The notes beneath the pieces were generated by a model. It worked only from the letters and a program-made list of their open reading frames with translations. It did no database searches and was not told where the DNA came from. The translations under genes and the position numbers were made by a program. Positions 25,331 through 36,500 of a stretch of DNA of 64,000 nucleotides are shown here, piece after piece (within the stretch, counting starts at the first letter, position 1; each line of letters opens with the position of its first letter). The stretch is taken from assembly GCF_964355755.1 (NCBI RefSeq), contig NC_092670.1:6438201-6502200 (forward strand), read 5' to 3'. Source of the DNA: Antedon mediterranea. Taxonomy: Eukaryota > Animalia > Echinodermata.

Positions 25331-27422
25331 CCATTATTAATTTTCACATTTTGGAGTTTGCGTTTATTAAAAATTATTAAGAAATAAAAACAAATGTATA
25401 TGTACAGTTCATGGATTGATTATTATTATTTTTATGAACTGTTGAAATTATTTTTTAAGTACTTATAATAATTTATTTGCAATTATGTTGAATAAAAATA
25501 AATTGCACTTTGATCTCCTACAAAGTCTAGTTTGTTGTGATCAGTAGTGTTTTAATGTATATATAAATAAATTAGTACATTGGTCTAAAATAGTGACCTT
25601 GTTGCCATGGCGAGGGAGATTTCAACTCAAGTTTAATTAAATTCAATACAATTGAACAGTTGCTTTTATTGTTGTATTATTATATTTAAACATTTTATGT
25701 AGCAATTTTATAAAAATGCAAGAATCTACAGAACGCCTAAACGTTTTCTTTTTTTAAAATGTATTTATTTTTTTTTATTTCCACATCATCCAACAGCGAC
25801 AAGGTCGCCCATAACAGGATTAATACATAGAAAGACAAAATAATACAATGTATGTATATAATATATACAATAATAATAATAAAAAAAAAAAACCATTAAC
25901 AAGTGATATTAAAAATAACAGATACTTTTTACGAAAATAATACATGGAAAGGGGATGGAAACAAGTTTGTTTGATTACATTTTCCACACACATCAAATAA
26001 TACAGTTGTACATTCTAATTTTAACCCTTCACGGCGGAACCCAAAGGGAGGTCTCCTGAGACTATGCAAATGGCAGTAAACACAATGAACCTGGGTTGTT
26101 AAAATGTTTTTATTCAATCATTTTTTCAATAAACCTGTCCAACACCCTAACATTAATATACATTTTACATATTTTATTAAATTTCATATGCTAATTTTTT
26201 TTGGTTGTACAGTTTTTTTTGTATTCATATGTGACAGTACAATAAACTGTTCTTCACTCTTATTACATTAATTTATCTGCACATCAATGGAAAGCTCCAA
26301 TCTGAATACTGTAGTTTATGAACAAAATAAGACCCTATTTTTAATTTTTTTTCTATTACTAAATACATAGTTTCTTGTTTATGAGTATAAATAACACATT
26401 TTATGCCCAGATTCTTAATTTGAAGGCTTTTCATATTTGCCACAAACTTTTCAAATAACCGGGTGTGAATATTTGTCATTTTTCTACAAGGAATATGTAG
26501 GGCCTGTTTCTGCTGAGAAAAATAACCAGTTAATAATCGGTGAATAAATAAACAATGGTTATTTGATTGACCTTTAGTCAACTACTTTAAGATCTTCAAC
26601 CTTTGACCACCACCACATCGAATGTTGGTTTTGATGTTACCTTTTTTCGTCAACCACCACCTACCAAATCACGAGCAGAAATTAAGCAATAATGGGGTTG
26701 ATGCAGCATGTCACACAAAAACACACTAGGTATAAACTTCAGTTATGTCAAAATCTATGTACAATTTATACATATATAACAATGTACAATGAAATAGCTC
26801 CTAGCAGTGAAGGATAGACGCATGCAGATTTTATGTGAATAGTACTTAATCAGCTAGGGCCAGCGACTTCAGGTGACAGTCAGAAAATGTTTAAAGCTTT
26901 TTTTTGTCGTGAGGTGGTTTCCCGAATGATCGTAAAATCAAAACGGTACTGGGTATGACCAACTAGCGTTATTGTCACCGGCTAGTCATCCATTCATAGA
27001 AGTACTAATGTAGTAGCCTACCTGTACGGTGACCCGAGGCATGACTAACTACGACTTTTAGATGATAGAAAGTTGAGAAAAAATGTTACGAGTAGTTGTA
27101 CGTCATGAAGAGTTGAGTTAAACACTTTTTTTTTTTACATTCTTGTAAATAATCTAGACTGCCCGAAGAAAAAAAAAACCAAACATACAGCGAGATGCTA
27201 TTTCTGAATGATACATTCTTTGGGGTAAGTACTGTAGGCCAAATTGGGTCTTATGAATGGTTGCAATTGTCATGAAACTGACTTTGGCTAAGAACTTTAG
27301 CGCAGACCAATATAATAAAATAAAGCGGGCATTGCATGGATTCAAATGGTGTCGTTTACGATGCAAACTCGCACTGGATCAAGGTAATGTATTTAACAGT
27401 GTTATTGAATACATTCCGACTT

Positions 27423-27589
27423 CTAATAATAGGCTGAATTAGCTCCAGCAGCTCTAGTCGTATTCATACCAAGCTCTGATTGGCTGCGAAATGTTTCTAG
27501 TTCGTCTAGTACGGCATCATGCTGAATATTATAGCCTTTCATTCTCTCTTTTGATCTTTGGATAATTTCTGTTGAGGTTTGAAACAAAT
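27423..27589 (-). CDS. LRRC46: LRRC46 exon 7 (last)
   Basis: TTTCAG acceptor; DLFQTSTEIIQRSKERMKGYNIQHDAVLDELETFR...SAYY*. Confidence 0.8.
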
Positions 27590-30500
27590 CTGAAATAAAA
27601 AATTAATACTACTAGTTCAAAAATAGATTTCAATTTCTGTTGAGGTTTGAAACAAATCTGAAATAAAAAATAAATACTACTACTATAGTTCAAAATAGAT
27701 TTCAATTTCTTCCTTTAAAAAATGTCATCTTTCACCTCATGAATTTATTTGTACCATCGCACTCATAAAAATGCATTATTTGTTGTATAATATAAACATC
27801 TAGTCTTACCGTTTGAATCACCTGATAATTGAAGATTTCCAACATAAACCTGTAATTCTTCATCTTCAGTCTCTTCTTCATCACTACTTGACACCTCAAT
27901 ACCAACATCTTGTTTTTCTTGTTTGCTAATTTCAACATTATCTAGTTGTTTTAAGTTTCTTAGTGACTTGATAGTGTTCGGCCTATTAAGACAAACAGAA
28001 TTTGAATGACAGGTTTATCAGAGAAGGCTCCTAATTCTGAAGCGAAGGCATATTTGTGAATAAAGTCTAAAGCTCTGCCTGCACTATAAGAATAGTTTGA
28101 CAAAAAAAGTGATGTGCCCAAATATGGTAGTGATATGCCCAAATATGGTAGTGATATGACATCACCATGTCCATACAGTATATGGGAACATCACATTTTT
28201 ATGTCGCATAAAGTTTGATAATGTAGACAGAGCTTAAAAACTTCTATTTTCAAATCTGTCAAACAATTAAAAGAAAACCTACTTCATCTTACAAGGGATA
28301 ATGTGAAGGCTAAATCATTTCAGTTTGTGTTCCAATTATTAAGAAATAAAAACCATGGAAACTGTGGAAATTATTTTATAAGTACCACTTATAATTTATT
28401 TGCCATTATAATTTAAATTATAAATATATTAGTATATTGCTCTAAAATAGTAACATGGGGAGGGAGAAGTCAACTAATTAAATCCAACCCAATTTAATAA
28501 TCGCCTTTCTTTCTTTACTCTTAAGAGTTTATTAAAACCATGGTAATCTCTACTGGGCAGAAAAATGGTCGGTAAATGTAACCGACGTGGTTAATCAAAT
28601 CTTGAGGGAACTGTAACCAGCTTTCAGATTGGAATTTTCTTGGTCAATTTAGCTGGTTAATTTGACCAAGTGCTACTGAGGCTTAATGGCTAACTGTCAT
28701 TCCCAAAAACATGGTAAGCAATTGCGTTTAAAACAAAAACACCATATTACTTAGAGAACACCTTCTGAAACAAGCATTCCAGCTTAAAAAGGGTTCTGCT
28801 ATGTCATTTTTGTGTTTTTTTTCCTGGTGTTAAATGTTTATCAGTATCAGTATAACATAGCATTAATAAATATTAAAAACAAATGCTATTACTATTAGTA
28901 TTATATTACAATTGGTATTTTTTTCATTATGAAAATACTACCTGTAATTATTTTCTTTTGTGCATTCATTTCCAGACATGTTTAAAATGATCAAAGAAGG
29001 CGGCAGTTCATCTAGAAATAAAGAAATATATCATTTTAAATGTTATTCTATGCGTACAACTGGTTGATGGTATCACTCACCTTCAAGGTAGGCTTAAGTT
29101 GACTTGGAACTAAAAGTAACTAGTCGAGAGCATTCATACAGTATCAACTGAATAGAACTGAAATTTGAGATCCTTGCCATTTTAATTTAATTCCCAAGGT
29201 GAATTTCAAATGTTATAATACCCCGATAAAAAAGCAGTCAATATCTGTATAATAACACCCTTACTCTTCAAAGTAAATTGTTGTTGCAACGACGCAATTC
29301 AATGGTCAGGTCATCAGTTGGTTATCGTTATAACCGACTGATCAGTCTGTAATAAGTGATGTGATTCCATTTCGACCAATCACGTTCTTAAATAAATTAC
29401 CTATGTCCAGATGAACTATGAGGTTTTCAGATAAATCCAGAAACATGAGACTTTTGATTGAATGCAAATTCTTTACCTTCTCAATTTTATTTCCAGATAA
29501 AACAAGGAAACGAAGATGACAAAGAGATTCCAAGTTTTCAATTCTTTGAATCATATTCTAAAAGGCAAAAAGGAATTTAACATTATATAATAATAATAAT
29601 ATTTATTTCCACAAATAATAGAGCAAGATACAGAGTAACATAATAAATAAACAACCGATAATGAACATATATAATGCAAGAAAAGAAATATATAAGTGGA
29701 AAAGGGACACCACGGCCAGCAAGCTTTAAATTGGGCGCCCTGTCAATATTGAAACAATTAGAACTTTAACATTTTAAAAACAATTTATAATTGAATTATA
29801 TGTGATTACAAATTATACAATTTTCAGATAAACACATATTTACATTGTTCTTATAAGTTATATTCAATAATATAAAACCTGTTTTTCTTTTTAAATTATA
29901 CAAATTATTACTTGATCTAATTACGTTACTGATATTATTCCATATTCTTGGTCCTTCATAAAATATTCCTCTTTGTCCAATGTTTGTGTTTTTTGGCAAT
30001 GTACAAATTATTTTTGTTTCTCGTATCATGTACCTGTACAGAGTCATATGTTTGGAAAAGGGAATTAAAATTTGATATACAGTACCAAAACGATTTCCTA
30101 TTTCTGCAACTTGAATTCCTTAACCTCGAAGGAAACTGCCATAGCTTAAACTTAAAGTTGGTATGTATGATGCAATTTAATATAGGTATAAACCTTATGT
30201 TATTGTGAAAGGTATAAACGGCCTTACCATGTTTAAACACCAAAGTTACAGTAAGCAACGTCGGGCATGATTAGAGGTTGGATGGGAGACCATCTGGGAA
30301 TATCGGGAGCTGGGGTCCCATTAAGCATTGGAAATCAGCATTGATTACATTTATGGCAGCTAAAATCTGCCTCAGACATATTGGCGTATGCCTCGCCTAT
30401 GGTCAAGGTTGGCACTGGACGAGAGAACCCTTCGTCACTAGGACCAGCAAAAAGGTTTTTAAAAATAGAACAGTCAATTTTTCAACTAATGAAATAACCA

Positions 30501-33500
30501 CCCATAACATTCAATATTTGTATTCCAATTTATATGCATGTGTTATGCGCGATTTGCGCAATTTAAAATTGCGCAAAGACTTCCTTGCGCAATTTGAATT
30601 GAAACATCTGTTTCAAATTGCGCAAGCAACGTATTAAATTGCGCAAGTAATCTGCAAATTGTGCAAGGTTTTTCGACAGATTGTGAAATCATGCACACAC
30701 ATATTTTCATAGTAATTTCTAAGAATGATTCAAAATTAAAGATAATATCGCATTTCCTTATTTTAGTAGTGAAAATATTGTTATTGTTAGCATACCGTCG
30801 AAGACCCGACAAAGGTACCACAAAGGTGGTGTTCCCGGCGGGCGGCTAATACTACTCTAGCCTACTGATGGCTATGTTTTGATAGCAAGTCTAAACGTTG
30901 GTGGCGGTAGACTATGTTGTGTATTACTACATTAATTTTTGTTATTTTTACATTTATTTTGATTTATTTTAAGTTGCAATGAGTGATAATATTATTTAAT
31001 TGTGTATGCCATTGATGTTGTGTATTATACACATGTTATCTTCGCATTTATTATGTTTCATTTTGAGTTATTAGTTTCTAATAAATTATCATTGTTAACC
31101 GATCGTCGACGTTAGCACATGGTTAGCATGCACGCGCATTCTGAAGAATTCTGCTGCGCAATTTGACAATTTTACAAACTGTGCAGCGCAATTTGAAATT
31201 GCGCATGGATTTTCTTGCGCAATTTCAAATTGCGCAAGAATCCTTTTCGCAATTTCAAATTGCGCAAGAAATTTTGTGCGCAATTTCAAATTGCGCAAGG
31301 AATTTTTTGCAAAAATTGCATAGTCGACTGTGCCTATATAAAACTTTAAATTACATGCACAGTTGACTGTCCACCACTGAGAGCGACCACGCTTAAGTGG
31401 CTATAGACACTCACCTGCTGTAAATACAGATTGGTTACTGGTCCTAGCATCTCCAAGTTGTCTATATGCTCAATGTTTTCTCTATCCAATCGTACATGGC
31501 TAATTTTTGTTAGCGATTCAATACTGTGTGAACAAATAAATTACAGATTATTAGTAGAAATATTACAAAAAAAAGGGTAGTAACAAAGTGCGAGGCAGCG
31601 AGGCAGGGAAGGCATGCGAGGCAAGTCAGAAATTTATGCGAGGCATCGTTTTACCATCATCAAAAAATGCGAGGCATCATTTTATCCTTTCTCAAAATTG
31701 CAAGGCAGGAAATCACCGAAATTGAAGTAGCCTAGGCCTAGGCCCGCTAGGCTAGTTTCCTTTTGCACCTGCCTTGTATTTTAACCAACTTTATCCTGAA
31801 TACCACAGCTTAGAATTAGTAGGCCTACTTTAATGAAGAAAAATCACATAAAAGTAACAATAAATCCATTAAATTGGTGATTTTACAGACGATGTTTTTC
31901 TTGCATTTCGCACACTCAATGTTCAATATTTTGGTTTCTATGGAACGCCAAAAGAGCAAAATTAATTAGAGGGCTAAAAACTCTGTGGAATCCATTTATA
32001 TTTAACGCATTATTTGGTGAAAATCAAGTACAATTTCAATAGATTTTGTCACTGTCAGTAAGGAAAAATGTTACTGTTGATAATGTACACGGTTTCGTTA
32101 ACATTTTAAAGAATAAAATAGAAAAATTCATCATAATATCCTTAGTAGGATGTCCTAGGTCTAGACTAGGTAGTGATGTTGATTTAGGATCGATTATTAT
32201 TCTTTGAAAACAGAACAGTATCAGCAGTAACATATTACAGCATTTTTATTGACAAATTAACAAATATATTGAAATAAAATGTGTTTTTCACCAATAAATG
32301 CATGAGAAATTGACGCATTCCACTGAGTTTTAGTCCTCTATTATCGTTGCTCTTTTGGCGCTCCATAGAAACAAAAATATTGAACATTGAATAAGTGAAA
32401 TTCGCGAACAGTGTGCGAGAAACACGCCTGTAAAATCATTAATTTAAGGATTTATTTGTTACTTTTTATGTGATTCTTTCATTAAAGTACTCATGAGGTA
32501 TACTTCTAAGGTGTGGTATTCACACGATAAAGTTAGCGAAGGAAACTAGCGCCAGGTTTATTAATACGTACATGGACAACAATAAATAAAAATCGTTCGT
32601 AATATACCTAGCTTACTAAAACAGGAATAGTGTATCATTATTAAATATTACACCAATTATTATTATATCAAAATTGATTAAATTATTTTCTACATAGGCC
32701 TCTTATCTAGGTTAGGGCTAAGCATATTAGCTAAAGTTTAATGTTAGGCCTAGTATTACAATTGTCGGACGTAAGTCTTTTTTCACACGCGCTCCAGAAT
32801 TCTGTCGCAATTTTTTTCTTTGCGGCATGTTATTGGATCGCCATATCAGTTACCTTTTATTCACCGCCAGTTATTGAACTTGTCCTGGCAATCGCTGTTC
32901 ACCTTATTTGCGAGAGAGGTACACGTGTTGTTCCTAGAGAATGGAATGTCAAAAATGTCTTTGGCACGCCGCTCAGAGAGAAGTCTGTGCGTTGCTGCTG
33001 AAACCACGTGCTATAGGAGGGGAATGCACCACAATCCTCTGAGCTGAGGGCTGAATCATTCCGCTACCTGCTAAATAGTAAAGAGGGATTTTCCATCTCT
33101 CGGGTCTACCGGATCTAGGCGCAGGGGTGTGACAAAATATTATTTTCACTCTGCTATGTTCGAGAGACATGTGAGTGAACACGCTCGAAATGCCAACAAA
33201 CATTGCAATCATTTGATGAGTGTGTCGCTATAACAATTATTGTTTATCGAAAGTTAGAGACTGTCGTTCAGATTTTTGAACCGTAGTTTGGGCACTTTTG
33301 ACACGATATGACTTGAATGAAAAAACAATCGTTACATAAAAATAAACAACATGATGAGTGTATACACGAATCTATTTAGATACGCTTGTATCGATTGATT
33401 ATTAGGCCTATAATATAGCATAATAGCACGTTAAGATATGCCTCGCACCTTTTTGAAATTGTAAACTATATGCCTCGCACTTTTGGAAATGATAAAATGA

Positions 33501-36500
33501 TGCCTCGCACAAATATTTGGCATGCCTCGCTGCCTCGCACTTTGTCAACACTCCAAAAAAAAACGAAGTTACAGGCCTACACTGCAAGCAAATTAAATTT
33601 TCGCATGAGAATTTTAATGGCCATATGCTCGTAAAATGTGTAACAAAAGTTTTTTTGTATCTATAATTAATGTAATTCTTGCAAATGTTCATATTTAATC
33701 AGTTTAAGATGGAATTGTTGTTGTTATAGTTTTTTTTATTTTTGATTTCATGTACTTTTACTATTATATATTTATATTTTAGTCTACTCTGTAGCAATGT
33801 TAGTATACTTATAGGCATACGGGGGTCACGACTTAAAGTTCAGTGAACTTACTGTGACCTCCATTCACCCACATTTAATATGTTGTGTAAATTATATATA
33901 TATATATATAAGTGAGTGGAAAAAATAAATAAACGAAACGAAACCAAACCAGTACTACTACTTCTACTAGGCTCTAGGCCTACTGAGCATTAAGTCATTG
34001 TTGTTGTTTGCAGCTACAATAATATTTAAGACCTCCTTACCTAGGGAGTGTTGACAAAGTGCGAGGCAGCGAGGCACGCGAGGCATGCCAAATATTTGTG
34101 CGAGGTATCATTTTATCATTTCCAAAAGTGCGAGGCGTGCGAGGCATATAGTTTACAATTTCAAAAAGGTGCGAGGCATATCTTAACATGCTATTATGCT
34201 ATATTATAGGCCTAATAATCAATCGATACAAGCGTATCTAAATAGATTCGTGTATACACTCATCATGTTGTTTATTTTTATGTAACGATTGTTTTTTCAT
34301 TCAAGTCATATCGTGTCAAATTTTACTTTTACAAAAGTGCCCAAACTACGGTTCAAAAATCTGAACGACAGTCTTCAACTTTCGATAAACAATAATTGTT
34401 ATAGCGACACACTCATCAAATTACTGCAATGTTTGTTGGCATTTCGAGCGTGTTCACTCACATGTCTCTCGAACATAGCAGAGTGAAAATAATATTTTGT
34501 CACACCCCTGCGCCTAGATCCGGTAGACCCGAGAGATGGAAAATCCATCTTTACTATTTAGCAGGTAGCGGAATGATTCAGCCCTCAGCTCAGAGGATTG
34601 TGGTGCATTCCCCTCCTATAGCACGTGGTTTCAGCAGCAACGCACAGACTTCTCTCTGAGCGGCGTGCCAAAGACATTTTTGACATTCCATTCTCTAGGA
34701 ACAACACGTGTACCTCTCTCGCAAATAAGGTGAACAGCGATTGCCAGGACAAGTTCAATAACTGGCGGTGAATAAAAGGTAACTGATATGCCGATCCAAT
34801 AACATGCCGCAAAGAAAAAAATTGCGACAGAATTCTGGAGCGCGTGTGAAAAAAGACTTACGTCCGACAATTGTAATACTAGGCCTAAAATTAAACTTTA
34901 GCTAATATGCTTAGCCCTAACCTAGATAAGAGGCCTATGTAGAAAATAATTTAATCAATTTTGATATAATAATAATTGGTGTAATATTTAATAATGATAC
35001 ACTATTCCTGTTTTAGTAAGCTAGGTATATTATTATTACGAACGATTTTTATTTATTGTTGTCCATGTACGTACTAATAAACCTGGCGCTAGTTTCCTTC
35101 GCTTGTATTTTTACTCCAAATTTGATAACTAACTTTATCGTGTGAATACCACACCTTAGAAGTATACCTCATGAGTACTTTAATGAAAGAATCACATAAA
35201 AAGTAACAAATAAATCCTTAAATTAATGATTTTACAGGCGTGTTTCTCGCACACTGTTCGCGAATTTCACTTATTCAATGTTCAATATTTTTGTTTCTAT
35301 GGAGCGCCAAAAGAGCAACGATAAAACTCAGTGGAATGCGTCAATTTCTCATGCATTTATTGGTGAAAAACACGTTTCATTTCAATATATTTGTTAATTT
35401 GTCAATAAAAATGTTGTAATATGTTACTGCTGATACTGTTCTGTTTTCAAAGAATAATAATCGATCCTAAATCAACATCACTACCTAGTCTAGACCTAGG
35501 ACATCCTACTAAGGATATTATGATGAATTTTTCTATTTTATTCTTTAAAAGGTTAACGAAACCGTGTACATTATCAACAGTAACATTTTTCCTTACTGAC
35601 AGTGACAAAATCTATTGAAATTGTACTTGATTTTCACCAAATAATGCGTTAAATATAAATGGATTCTACAGAGTTTTTAGCCCTCTAATTAATTTTGCTC
35701 TTTTGGCGTTCCATAGAAACCAAAATATTGAACATTGAGTGTGCGAAATGCGAGAAAAACAACGTCTGTAAAATCACCAATTTAATGGATTTATTGTTAC
35801 TTTTATGTGATTTTTCTTCATTAAAGTAGGCCTAGTAATTCTAAGCTGTGGTATTCAGGATAAAGTTGGTTAAAATACAAGGCAGGTGCAAAAGGAAACT
35901 AGCCTAGCGGGCCTAGGCCTAGGCTACTTCAATTTCGGTGATTTCCTGCCTTGCAATTTTGAGAAATGATAAAATGATGCCTCGCATTTTTTGATGATGG
36001 TAAAACGATGCCTCGCATAAATTTCTGACTTGCCTCGCATGCCTTCCCTGCCTCGCACTTTGTTACTACCCTTACCTAGGCTAGGTCTAGCCTAGCTATG
36101 CCACAGTACTTACAGTTTTTCGTGTGGTCCATTGGCTACACTTGCAGCAAGGTTCCGTTTTGCTATCAGAGAAAATGAAATTCTGGCTGGGTTTGAAACA
36201 TTTTCTTTGAGATCCATGTGGTGGGCCAAAATGTAAAAAAAAAAAAAATTTTAATGACAATGTTAGTAGGGAGGTAGAGGCTCAAGTTGTGTAGGCCTAG
36301 CCTACTTAGCTAGGGCTTCTTCATAGCTAGGGCCTAGCCTAGGGGTGTGAGATGAAATCGGTCGCGTTTGAAAATCGGTCGCGATAAAATCAACTTCTGG
36401 TATTTTGTATGGCGCGCCGCTACAGCTATACTTTTGGTGATATCGGTCGCGCTATTTTGTATGGATCGAGCGGGATGCATCCTAGAGCGGGATATACATT

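Noticed and set aside
26600-27120. CpG-richer segment downstream of LRRC46 as an ncRNA or exon
   Set aside because: No recognisable RNA family, ORF, splice pair or TIR pair was found.
32036-35618. Duplicated short ORFs as paralogous genes or a transposase
   Set aside because: They mirror each other only because of the inverted TE pair; no DDE or other recognisable motif.
31576-36070. Assembly fold-back artefact
   Set aside because: The arms have private indels and substitutions and different target-site duplications; long reads would still be the decisive test.
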